The notes under the pieces were generated by a model. That model was not told where the DNA came from and searched no databases. It saw nothing but the letters and a program-made list of their open reading frames with translations. A stretch of 64,000 bases of DNA, taken from the NCBI RefSeq assembly GCF_006345805.1, contig NW_021836171.1, positions 18,997 to 82,996 of the forward strand, written 5' to 3'. The position numbers were made by a program, and so were the translations under genes. Origin of the DNA: Octopus sinensis. Its lineage: Eukaryota. Each line of letters opens with the position of its first letter. Position 1 is the first letter of the stretch. Shown piece by piece: positions 51,473 to 64,000 of this stretch.

Positions 51473-51998
51473 TAGCAGTATCGCCCGGCGTTGCTCGGGT
51501 TTGTAAGGGAAATAACTATAAAGCATTTTTTAGAGAGTTATAGCAAAAAAATAGCAAAAAAATGGAAAAACAATGATGGTAAATTTTTTTTGAGAGTTAA
51601 GAAGGTCGAGTTGCGTCCCCTAGACAGTCTGTGGTTTGTGTTTCTGATTCTCGACCCCATGTCGAATTTATCGATTTTTTTCAGAACTGGGGGAACTTTT
51701 CAAAATTTTCGCTGCGTAAGTTTTGAATTATGACATTGGGCTATGTGTGTGTCAAGTTTCATCAGAATCGGTTGAAAGCCGTGGTCAGGGTGAGGGTACA
51801 ACCTGACAGACACACAGACAGACAAACTGCCGTTTATATAGAGAGTGATAAGTTCAGCAATATATATATACATATATATGCATACATCTACGTTAAAATT
51901 GTGGGGCAGGTGTTTCAAAATTCAGCCTTAATACTGCAGATGTGTGAGGTGTCTTCCTGGACATGTCTTAGCTGAGTGTCAGTAGGAAAAGCCTTTTC
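51317..51998. repeat. Foldback element with 116-bp inverted arms enclosing (TA)n and a Helitron
   Basis: 51317-51432 is the reverse complement of 51883-51998 (about 90% identical by eye). Confidence 0.85.
51472..51848 (-). mobile_element. Non-autonomous Helitron (young)
   Basis: A|TCACTCTCTATATAAAC...cccgagcaacgccggg hairpin...CTAG|T; near-identical to 63602-63984. Confidence 0.88.
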
Positions 51999-52852
51999 TG
52001 GTGTCCTTACCATGGAAATCTGTTTCGAAATATTCTAAGAATGATTTCGAAAATATTTATCAAAGTATAATAGGATATAGTACCAACTGTAAGACATCGA
52101 ACATAACAGCAAAGCTAGTTGAGTGTCGGAGATGTCTTTTCACATGACAGGCTGCTGAGGTAAATTATACCTTCTCAATAAAAGACACGAATTATGGGTA
52201 GAAATACTCGAGACACTGTCATCAGAGCTTTGCTGTTTATAATCGCTCATTCAGATTTGTGGTGCATTACGCAGAGAGACACCAACTGACTGTGCTAAAT
52301 ATACGAACGTATTACAATGAATGAAAAATATTGATGATGCGCAAAACAAGATGTAAATATATTAAGCAAAAGTGATGAGGGAGTTGAGTAGTGATGTGAT
52401 GATGAAAAATAACAAAAGTTCAAGATGTTGCTCACTTACCCATCATAATCAATATACATAGGATTAAGGAAAGTTGAAAGATTGCTGACACACCTAAAAT
52501 CGTGCCCTAGCGGTCATTATGAGTAATGATGTATTGATTCATACGCATATTACCAATAATAAGAAAATGACGGGTAGGATACATTGTAAGATCATTTGGA
52601 ATTAGAGAACAAGGCATTATGTTGGGGGTGTTGAGGAGTTCTGTACTTAACTCTATGGACTGTTGCATTGAATTAAAGCCACCATATCAGTGCGATAAAA
52701 TCGACAGAAGTTGAACTAATATATCGTTGCGTAGGCAAGACAATTGATTCATTGCAACATTCAGTCTACTTTAAGAGGTTGAATGTATAAAGCTTCTGCT
52801 GTCTAGAGAGAAGGTCGGAAAGACACACACGCCATGAACCACACACACACAC

Positions 52853-53522
52853 GCGCTGTGTGGGAAGAAACTTGCTTCCAAACCACATGGTTCCGAGTTC
52901 GAGCTAGTACGTTCTGCTATAGATTCGGGCCGATCAAAGCCTTGTGAGTGGATTTAGTAGACGGAAAACTAATATAGGCGCAGGAGTGGCTGTGTGGTAA
53001 GTAGTTTGCTTACAAATCACATGGTTCTGGGTTCAGTCCTACTGCGTGACACCTTCGGCAAGTGTCTTCTACTATAGCCTCGGGCAGACCAAAGCATTCT
53101 GAGTGGATTTGGGAAACGGAAACTGAAAGAAGCCCGTTGTATATGTTATATATATATTATATATATATATATATATGTGTGTGTGGGTATATATATATAT
53201 ATGTATATATGTGTGTATATATATATATATATTATATATATATATATATTATGTGTGTGTGTGGTGTGGTGTATGTATATAATATAAATAATGTTTGTGT
53301 GTGTATATGTTTGTGTATCTGTGTTTGTCCCTCCAACATCGCTTGACAACCGATGTTGGTGTGTTTATGTCCCCGTCACTTAGCGGTTCGGCAAAAGAGA
53401 CCGTTAGAATAAGTACTAGGCGTCCAAAGAATAAGTCCGGAAGTCGAGTTTCTCGACTAAAGGCGTTGCTCCAGCATGACCGCAGTCAAATGGCTGAAAC
53501 AAGTAAAAGAAAGAAAAGAAAG
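52853..53522 (+). mobile_element. Partial SINE B head (52853-52970) followed by a full SINE B (52976-53522)
   Basis: Homology. Confidence 0.85.
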
Positions 53523-53855
53523 ATATCTAATATATATCTAATATATGTATGTAGACAGAGATAGAATGATAGATAGATTCACAGAGTCAGAGCAAGAGAG
53601 GTACATATACATAGAAATATATATGTGTGCGTGCACGAAGTGGTGTTGGAATGTTCCTGACTTTGGGAAACAAAACATACAGGAAGATCAGTTAATTATT
53701 ATTTTATTCAACATATTCCTCTCTCAGACTAACACACTTATTCTAGCGGGTCTTCAGATTTTTAGGCCTCGTAAAAGAACTCGGAATGATAGGCCTCCAG
53801 CCAGACCTTTCAAGATAGCTTCAAAGCCTGGAATTTTCAAGCTCCCCTCCCAAAA

Positions 53856-53897
<42 letters not shown>

Positions 53898-53905
<8 letters not shown>

Positions 53906-53999
53906 TCACGTGACCGACCAGGCTATAGATGTTACACATCGCTGGTCACAATGCGCTTCGCATTGTTTTAGCCTTCAATTGACGCCACCCCACTGGCTA
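53898..53999 (-). mobile_element. 5'-truncated SINE A tail type 3
   Basis: Tail only, abuts (TA)n. Confidence 0.8.
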
Positions 54000-54714
54000 C
54001 GACTAGCATCACACTTGGAACTCAATAGTACCAACGAATTTGATTCAAACTTTTTGACCCATATATATATATATAATATATATATATACATATTAGAGGG
54101 CAACCACTATGTGGACACCCTTACCCTTATATATATATATATAATATATATATTTTATTTAACAAGAATGCAGATGGAAGGAAAAGACGCTAAAGAAGCT
54201 GGCAAGCACCACATGAAGTTCAAAAGGGACCCTGAATATGTATTTAAAATTACGAATGTTTCATAATTAGCCCATGTCCTTTTTCATCGCTTGAATACAG
54301 CTATTCTCTTGGAAATTATTGTGCCAAATGCAAACGATGAGAAAAGACATTGGATAGCTACGAAACATTCGTAATTTTATATAATTGCTTCCTAATTCAT
54401 TTTGAAACAGCAGTAGTGCTTCTCTATTCCATGAAGTCTTTTCATGCAGAGACTTGATTATGACACAATAATCACCATTTGTTGGTTTGAAAAGAGGGAT
54501 TGTATAGATTATATAGTATCTGGCACTTTATCGGATGTTTCTGTTTAATACCGTTATGGGACGAATTGTATTTGATGCATTGATTAATAAAATTTGTTAA
54601 TCAATTAAGGATTCATTTGCGTTTTCTATACAGGTCTTGATAATGCTTGATGCGTAATTTTCACCTGAATCGATTAACTGATCCACACTCACACACACAT
54701 ATATATATATATAT

Positions 54715-54870
54715 ACGTTCTGAGTTCAAATTCCGCCGATGTCGACTTTGCCTTTCATCCTTTCGGGGTCGATAAATAATATACCAGTTACGCTCTGGGG
54801 TCGATGCATTCGACTTAATCCCTTTGTCTGTCTTTGTTTATGTTTAGCCCTTGTGGGCAATAAAGAAATA
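54715..54870 (+). mobile_element. SINE family C module (headless)
   Basis: Homology. Confidence 0.8.
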
Positions 54871-54889
54871 TATATATATATATATATAT

Positions 54890-55280
54890 TCTTTACTCTC
54901 TTTACTCTTTTACTTGTTTCAGTTTTTTGACTGTGGCCATGCTGGAGCACCACCTATTAAGTCGATTACATCGACCCCAGGGCTTATTCTTTGTAAGCCT
55001 AGTACTTATTCTATCGGTATCTTTTGCCGAACCACTAATTCACGGGGACGTAAACACCACCAGCATCGGTTGTCAAGCGATGTTGGGTGAACAAACACAG
55101 ACACACACACATATATATATATAGGCTTCTTTCAGTTTCCGTCTACCAAATCCACTCACAAGGCTTTGGTCGGCCTGAGGCTATAGTAGAAGACACTTTC
55201 CCAAGGTGCCACGCAGTGGGACTGAACCCCGAACCATGTGGTTCGTAAACAAACTATTTACCACACAGCCACAACTGCGC
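54890..55280 (-). mobile_element. SINE family B
   Basis: Homology. Confidence 0.85.
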
Positions 55281-56192
55281 ATATATATATATATACATAT
55301 ATATACATGTGTGTGTGTGTGTATATAAATTCTAGAATGGGGTGGAGTAAACAGTCATTTGGAACAATAGAAATCCTGCTAACATTCTCGACCCAAAATG
55401 TTCAAATCCTAAGAAAATATATGTCATAATATGCAAGGAACAACTCGATAATCTGTCGGTGAATTAAGAATGAAGTACGCTAGGCAAGATTAAAAAGGTA
55501 AGCTGTATCGATTTCTGTCCTCGCAAGTACAAAGCAAGACATTAATTTTTGATTTCATAGGATGTTGCAGCTTTTCGACTGGAACTGGTAGAGGAGGACG
55601 TTTATCATCTCGGGTCTATTTCTGTGTTCTGCTGTTTCTATGATTTGTATACTTGCGTCGCCGAAACCTAGATTCCGCTTAATCTTTCTGGTGTACGTAA
55701 ATACGTCAATGTAAAATGTGTGTACCTATGCACACAAACAAACACACACACGCACACACACATATATATATTTATGTATGTATGTATGTATCTCTCTCTC
55801 TATATATATATGTATATATATATATATATATAAACATAAACGCACATATATTTATCTACGTACATACTTTATACACTCATATATATATATAGGCGTTTTA
55901 TATATATATCACACAGGCATATATACACATATGTATGAATACACACACACATGAATATATGAATATACTGATATGTATAATATGTATACACACACACACA
56001 CATTTATATATATATATATATATAAACGCACATATATTTACCTACGTACATACTTTATACACTCATATATATATAGGCGTTATATATATATCACATAGGC
56101 ATATACACACACACATATACACATGAATATATGAATATACTGATATGCATAATATGTATATCTATGTACACACACACACGCTATATATATTA

Positions 56193-56235
<43 letters not shown>

Positions 56236-56951
56236 CATATGTATACGTGTATGTTTGTGAATACCACAGTGTGTCTGTATGTCTATGTTTGAATGCGTGT
56301 ATGAATGCGTGTTTGTGTATTTTATTATGCACTTCTGTGTATGTGAGTGTGTGTGTTTGTTTGTTTGTTGTAATAGCAATGCAAAAATGCACTCATCATT
56401 TGAATTATTGTATTCAGAAATCGTGGAGCACTTAACAATACGGAACAACACGCACATCTGAAGTAAATATAAGATATCAAACCGTCCTTAATGTTGTTTG
56501 AAATAACAAAAAAAAAAAAAATCCTAGATCATTTAATAAATCCGGAGTCACTTAGTTATGGACCGAAGACGATGGAATATTCTCATATCAATGAAAACCT
56601 GCAGGATATATTCGCATGATTTCAACATAAAATTATTTATGTGTAGACATCCAGTTATTTGGATGCTGACTGGTACGTATCAATCGATACAAACATCACG
56701 TTTTCCTGAGACAGTTTGACCGTACATCATAGAGAACACGTTGATTTCTATATTATAACATTGGAGATAATGTATTTGTTGTTGTGGCTATTGTTGGTTG
56801 TTATTTAGTTTTACTTCAGCCTCGATTGAGCAGACCTGTTATCAAATCCAAGACAGGAAGTTGTATGCGCTCGTTTGCCCCGCTGCATAAATCTCACTGG
56901 CTTCGCACGCTAGCCTCTAAAAGGTTACGTCATTTTAGGTCTATCGAGATA

Positions 56952-57090
56952 TAGGTGTGGTCGTGTGGCAAGAAGCTTATTTGCAAACCGCATGGTTCCG
57001 GGTTCGGGCAAGTACATTCTGCTATAGATTCGGGCCGACCAAAGACTTGTGAGGGGATTTGGTAAACGGAAACTGAAAGCAGATTGTTGT
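56952..57090 (+). mobile_element. SINE family B, 5' half
   Basis: Homology. Confidence 0.7.
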
Positions 57091-57428
57091 TTATATATAT
57101 ATACATATAAGTAATACTAAGCAATAAGGGTTTAGCAACGAGTTGCCTTACCACATACCGAATTTAGAAATAGCAGTCAAAGGGTTATAGCTATTTCTTC
57201 TACAAAAAAAGGGAGATCTCAGTAAAAACAGCATTTGGAAGGCAGACACAAACAGGTAAGAGAGAATGAATTGACTGCAATCTATCATACATTTTTTTAG
57301 TTATCCACGGACGTACGTTTCGAAATCAAGTCTTAAGGAAAGCATAAGAATTAGATATTAAATATCAAATAATAAATAATTCTATCTCACCACACACATT
57401 ATATATATATATATATATATATATACAC

Positions 57429-57587
57429 GCGACAGGCTTCTTTCAGGTTCTGTCTACCAAATCCACTCACAAGGTTTGGTTGGCCCGAGATTATAGTAGA
57501 AGAAACTTGCTCAAGGTGCCACGCAGTGGGACTGAACACGGAACCATGTGGTTGCTAAGCAAGCTAGTTACCACACAGTTACACCTA
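57429..57587 (-). mobile_element. SINE family B, 5' half
   Basis: Homology. Confidence 0.75.
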
Positions 57588-58189
57588 CGATAGAATATCA
57601 GTGCCCCTCCTGCGATTGTTTCGTGGTTAGGGTTTCTTAGAAGGTTTGAACTTGTCTAAGATTCCTTAAACATAACATGGTGTGAAGGAGCTACAATTTC
57701 TCTTTTTTTCCTCCCCATGGATCATTATAAAAATATGAGGAATATTTATCTTCCGTGTGTAGCATCTTCATTAATGCAGTTCTTTAGCCTCTAAATTTTC
57801 TCGTAACAAATGACTCGGAGTAAAGAAACACAAGCCGTCGACAACAGCTAAAACGTGGATACAAGGGACTTTAGGCAGCTATTTCTATCAGGTTGAGCTG
57901 AAGCACTGATTTTCATCGGCGCTCACTTGTTACATAAGCAGCTAGCAACTGAAACTCCACTCTAATTCTCCATTTAACACAACTGAAAGGACAGCAACAC
58001 TTTTGCATTCAGTCACACGCACATAATCATTCATATGTTTAAAACTTATATGGGAAGAAGAAATACAACTACGTGGTATTGGCAATACATAAACTACCAT
58101 GGCCTGTCACAGTGCCACATATGCACATACACTTATATAAATGCCCATACACACACACATTCATATTTTGAAGAAATATTTATATATAC

Positions 58190-58692
58190 ATATACACAAA
58201 CATATATATATATATATATATACATATATGTGTATAAATATATTTATGCATATATATAAACATATATGTGTATATATATTTATATATATATATATAAACA
58301 TATATGTGTATATATATATTTATATATATATATATAAACATATATGTGTATATATATATTTATACATATATATATAAACATATATGTGTATATATATATT
58401 TATACATATATATATAAACATATATGTGTATATATATATATTTATACATATATATAAACATATATGTGTATATATATATTTATCCATATATATAAACATA
58501 TATGTGTATATATATATTTATCCATATATATATAAACATATATGTGTATATATATATTTATCCATATATATAAACATACATGTGTATATATATATTTATA
58601 CATAGATGTATGTATATGTATATATATGTATATATAGATATATATGTATGTATATATATGTATATATAGATATATAGGTATGTATATATATT

Positions 58693-58723
<31 letters not shown>

Positions 58724-59073
58724 ACATATATGTGTGTATGTGTACATATATATATTTATACATATATGTATGTATATATATATATATATATATGTAGTAT
58801 TTATATATATATACGTATATGTGTGTATATGTACATATATATATTTTTATACATGTATATATATATATGTATATATATATGTATATTTTTAAATATATGT
58901 ACATATATATATATTTATACATATATGTATGTATATATATACACATATTTGTGTATATGTACATATATATATATATTTATACATATATGTATGTATGTGC
59001 ATATATGTGAAAAAATCACACGAACATACCTTTGTAGATATATTCGCATATACATTTGATTATATAAATATGC

Positions 59074-59104
<31 letters not shown>

Positions 59105-59110
59105 TATATA
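58190..59110. repeat. TA-rich microsatellite with ~36-40-bp higher-order units
   Basis: taaacatatatgtgtatatatatattta... repeated. Confidence 0.9.
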
Positions 59111-59649
59111 GGCAGCGGGGCGCATAGAGCCATATACAGATGCCCTATGCATATACACTCACGCACGCTCGCACATATGCTGAATATCAATGACGGCCGC
59201 ATATGTTTTCCTATCTTCACTCTCTTTTCTAAACGGCGGTGATGGTGGACTGATTTCTGAAAGCCAGCACGCTAGCTAAGCTAAGCTAAGCTAAACTAAG
59301 CAAGCTCCGGTATTGGTTCGTCGTATGAATCATTATTCACTCTATCTCTTATGTTTATTTGCAAGTACAAGATGTATTAGATTTGATACTCTGCAGAGAC
59401 TTTTCTATAGAAGCAGAATATAAAAAAAAAAAAAATACCTTGCCACAATGATGTCTTCAATCAATAAATCAATATAGGAGATACCCGACGGACAAAACGA
59501 ATAGCAAGATACACACACCATAGTTGTCTACTAGAGCATGCAACTTATAACAGAATTGTGACTGCTGTTTTCGTCTGATATATTTTATACATATTATTGT
59601 TGTTGTTTTGCTTCTTTCTCTAGTTGATATTTGCTTCTCTCATATTAAA

Positions 59650-59658
59650 AATATTCTC

Positions 59659-59694
<36 letters not shown>

Positions 59695-60141
59695 TAACTA
59701 TATATACATATTTATGTGTATATGTATATATATACATATAACTATATATAATATAGATTTATGTGTATATGTATATATAACTCTAACTATATATATATAT
59801 ATTATGTGTATATGTTATATATACATATAACTATATATATATATATTATATATAATTATATATAACTATATATATATATATGTGTGTATATTTATATATA
59901 CATATAACTTATATATAATATATATATATAATTATATATAACTATATATATCTATTATGTGTATATGTATATATATACATATAACTAATATAGATATATA
60001 GTATATATATATATATTTATATTTAATTTATATTAACTAATATATATATATATTATATATAATTATATATAACTATATATATATATATATATATATAATT
60101 ATATATAACCATATATATATATATATATATATAATTATATA

Positions 60142-60181
<40 letters not shown>

Positions 60182-60520
60182 TCTATATAACTATATATAT
60201 ATATTATATATAACTATATATATACATATATATATATTATATATAACTATATATATATATATTCTTAACTATACATTATATATAATATATCGATAACTGT
60301 ATATAACTATATATATATATATATATTATTATAAGTATATATAACTATATATATATAATTATAATAGTATATATACTATATATATATATATATTATTATA
60401 TAACTATATATATATAATTATATATATAACTATATATATTTTATATAACACATACATACTATATATATATATATATATTTATATATACTACATACATACA
60501 TATATATATATATATATAAT
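59650..60520. repeat. (TA)n array punctuated by TAACTA
   Basis: Direct inspection. Confidence 0.9.
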
Positions 60521-60804
60521 ATTAGTTATTCGTGCATATTCTTTAATGTGAATTGAGTTATTTATTAACAAAAAGGAAAAAAAATAAAAGTCGGGGTTTT
60601 ATTTCTTGATAGTTATGTTCTATATAAACATATCTCTCTGCACGAGAGTGGTGAAAGCTGGACAAGTTGTGAAGGATGTCGTGAGAATAACGGACATTAC
60701 TAAAGAGAAAATTGAGTTGATTGTTGGTATTTGCTGGCGATTGTGAGGCGGCTGCATATGTTTCTATATAATTGATTTAAATGCTGGCGAAGCTCACGTA
60801 TTGG

Positions 60805-61000
60805 AATGCGTCCATGCTGGGGCATCGCTTTGATCGATTTTAGTGGAGAAAATCTACTTCCAGTACATGTCTATTTATAGTTTGCTAGTTGTTGTATTGG
60901 TCTCTCTAGCTGAACCGCTATGGTACAGGAAGGTAAGCAAACCGATACCGATTCTCAAGCGATTGGTAGGAAAGGAACACAAACACATGGACACACATAC
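60805..61000 (-). mobile_element. Old, diverged SINE family B 3' half
   Basis: catgctggggcatcgc...gaaccgcta...ttctcaagcgat remnants. Confidence 0.55.
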
Positions 61001-61229
61001 ACACACATACAGATAGATAAATAAATGGGTTGATAGAAAAATAGATAGATAGATAGATAGACAGATATATAAACATATTCCGTATAGGCATATGGATACT
61101 ACTAACCTGGTGTTACAAATCGATATGCATAATCTCCAGGAAGAAGCATTAGTCGAATACATAGGATAATGAAAAATCGAATATATGACGAGAGAACAAG
61201 AAATTATGTAAAGAACTTCAATATATGTA

Positions 61230-61280
<51 letters not shown>

Positions 61281-61335
61281 TTATATATAAAGAGAGAGGG
61301 AGAGAGATACATCTCTCTCTCTCTCTGTCTATCTC

Positions 61336-61730
61336 TTTCTCTTTTACTCTTTTACTGTTTTACTTTTTTCAGTCATACTGGAGCACCGCCTTTAGTCGAG
61401 CAAATCGACCTCATGACCTATTCATTATAAGCCTAGTATTTATTCTATCGGTCTGTTTTGCTGACCCGCTAAGTTACTGGGACTTAAACACACCAGCATC
61501 GGTTGTCAAGCGATGTTGGAGAGACAGACACGGAGACACAAACGTAGACACACACATACATATATACGACGAGCTTCTCTCAATTTCCGTCTACCAAATT
61601 CACTCACAAGTATTTGATCGGCCTGAGGTTATAGTAGAAAACACTTGCTCAAGGTGACACGCAGTGGAACTGAACCCGGAACCATGTGGTTGGTAAGCAA
61701 GCTACTTACCACACAGCCACTCCTGCATCT
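61336..61730 (-). mobile_element. SINE family B
   Basis: Homology. Confidence 0.82.
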
Positions 61731-61825
61731 ACATATATATGTTGCGATGGGAAATTTCTGCCATTTTTGTTTATTTTATTCCACGCATTGTTTGTTAATT
61801 TTTTATTTTGCCGACAACACTGTGT

Positions 61826-62614
61826 AGTAGGGTCAGTTGGATCCTCTCTGTGAAGAAAACAGCACTATGATGCAATTCACTCTCCCAGAAATTTGGAAAT
61901 GAAATTCTGTACTACTTGACGTTCGCGCCTGAAGCTCCGATCCGAACATTTCAGGGTGCTTGGGCGTCAATCTGTGGAGATCGCAATCTGAGGACATGTA
62001 CTGAGATTGATAAATATAAAACATCCAGTCAACATCATGGTGAATAGAGTTATCCCTAGCGATGGCAGCATTATGTCTCCATTCATCTTCCCACACGATC
62101 TCAGTCTCAACATGGAGGCCTACATCAAGTGTTTGGAGGAGGTAGTGCTGCTCTGAATCAAGAGAGTGGCTGCTGGAAGACCCTGTATCAAGCAACACGT
62201 CTCCGCACAACGCCACAGAAACAAGAGAACCCAGTCATGGCCGTCAGAGAATTTCTGTGACCACATTACCTCCAACATTTGGTGACCTAACTCCCCAGAC
62301 AGCAAATCCATTTACTATTATGTGTGGGGAGCAGTTGAGCAAGAAGCAAACAAAATTCATTGTAGCACCAAAGATGAACTGAAGGCAAGGATAATGGCAA
62401 TATTCACCAACTTAAACAAGGAGTCCGTTCAGAGGAATTGCCGGAGATTCAGAAAATGTCTGGAGGCTGTGTTTGAAGCCAATGGTAATTTTATTCAATA
62501 CGTTTAATCTTTAGTATTTCAAGATATCCTTATGTAATTTTGGTAAATATTCAGTGTCAGTGTTATTTTCATTTTTGCATAATTTAGACGCCAGCTTATT
62601 CACTGCAACTTGTA
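61826..62614 (+). pseudogene. Tc1/mariner superfamily (maT, DD37D) transposase remnant with degenerate 3' TIR
   Basis: Frame 62019-62507: KHPVNIMV...IW*PNSPDSKSIYYYVWGAVE...KDELKARI...RFRKCLEAVFEANG; 37 residues between the decayed 2nd and 3rd catalytic positions. Confidence 0.87.
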
Positions 62615-62640
62615 TGTGGTTGTGTGTATATATATATATA

Positions 62641-62860
62641 TAGGGAGAGTTTACGAAAAAAAACAAAAGACGGAGACTGGTGCTGTACAAAACAAACAGA
62701 TGTATTAGTATAACGCTCAGGAATAGAAAAAAATCTTTTACGTTTCGAGCCTAGGCTCTTCTACAGAAAGCGACACAGAAAAAACAAGGAGAGAAAAAAA
62801 CTAGGAGAGAAACACGGAAAGAAAAAAATGTGTGTAGTGGCTAACGATCTATGATGGCGT
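62641..62860 (-). mobile_element. Penelope-like terminal repeat, family P1, with the best-preserved hammerhead-like motif
   Basis: Minus 62770-62735: CTTT-CTGTAGA-A-GAGC[CTAG]GCTC-GAA-ACGT-A-AAAG. Confidence 0.75.
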
Positions 62861-63601
62861 CTGAGATATAGATATATATATATATAATATATATATATAT
62901 ATAAACAATATTGGTGCTATACCTAGCTGGTAACATATTTGTGGTCTGAAATAACTCTCAGTTGAGTAACTATCAAAGACGCTGTTCCAAATTAGGCCAT
63001 TTAAACCATTCTATATCAGTCATTACATTGTTCCCTATAGCGTTTAAGGATGCATTTGCAAGATATTAACTGCTATTTTTTGCACGCCCTGCGATAACTC
63101 ATTTACTCTGTGTGTGTTTTCCAGAGAGTGTCATACTGGATAGAAACGTTATATCGTGTTAATTATACTGTTTACCAAATCTGCCATAGTTATGTTTATC
63201 ATTTATGTAAATATATACTTTATGAACAAATGTAATATACAGATGTAAACATGAAAAATGCTACAAAATTAAACGAAAACAACAAATTTATTTGAATTTC
63301 ATTTTAATTACTGATGTGATTTTTTTCTGCAGCAACTACTTAACGCATTACGTTTAGTACACAGCATTATAAGATTTAATTTTTATGAAAATAAATATAT
63401 ATAACTAAAGTTTTGGAGCCATTTGCAGATTCTCAAAATAGCTCAGTTGATGGAAGTTTAGACTGACAATTAGTTGACCGTCGTAATAAATATGGTACTC
63501 AGCTTCTGTTGTGTTGTTAATAATAATTTCCTTGTGTGACTTGCTTTCGGAATGCGAGTGGGCAACATAATTCTGTTACTTACACCATATCAACGCACTA
63601 A

Positions 63602-63984
63602 TCCCTCTCTATATAAACGGCAGTTTGTCTGTGCGTGTTTCTGTGTGTCTGTTTTCTTGTACCCTCACCCTGACCACGGCTTTCAACCGATTCTGATGAA
63701 ACTTGACACACACATAGCCCAATGTCATAATTCAAAACTAACGCAGCGAAAATTTTGAAAAGTTCCCCCAGTTCTGAAAAAAATCGATAAATTCGACATG
63801 GGGTCGAGAATCAGAAACACAACCCGCAAACTGTCTAGGGGACGCAACTCCACCTTTTTTAACTAAAAAAAAAAATTACCATCATTTTTTTCCATCTTTT
63901 TGCTATTTTTTGGCTATAACTCTCTAAAAATGCTTTATAGTTATTTCCCTTACAAACCCGAGCAACGCCGGGCGATACTGCTAG
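63602..63984 (+). mobile_element. Non-autonomous Helitron (young)
   Basis: A|TCCCTCTCTATATAAAC ... cccgagcaacgccggg hairpin ... CTAG|T. Confidence 0.88.
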
Positions 63985-64000
63985 TATCTCTATAAATAAA

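Overview
AT-rich eukaryotic DNA saturated with microsatellites and repeats. The tRNA-derived SINE families, (TA)n-anchored Penelope-like ends and simple-repeat density point to a cephalopod (Octopus-like) intron or intergenic region; this is inference. No host gene could be assigned with confidence, and most ORF-track entries are microsatellite translations. Recognisable coding remnants all come from transposons: an RTE-type LINE 3' end (8141-8722), a decayed CR1 (~29770-31800), an R4/Dong-type RLE LINE in (TAA)n (37141-37720), a Penelope GIY-YIG endonuclease (39882-40159) and a DD37D maT transposase (62019-62507). There are also about 35 SINE copies from four head/body families, several non-autonomous Helitrons and three long foldback inverted repeats. 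The most interesting signal is a set of hammerhead-ribozyme-like motifs with non-canonical cores in the Penelope-like termini. One has a CCGACGA core and forms a 78-bp-arm sense/antisense hairpin at 41211-41378, with a third copy at 12093-12139. The other is a minimal dimer-type motif with a CUGUAGA+A core, present in four copies. Also notable is a modular SINE system in which one tRNA head carries four different 3' tails, one copy having a 39-bp target-site duplication. All folds were done by eye.
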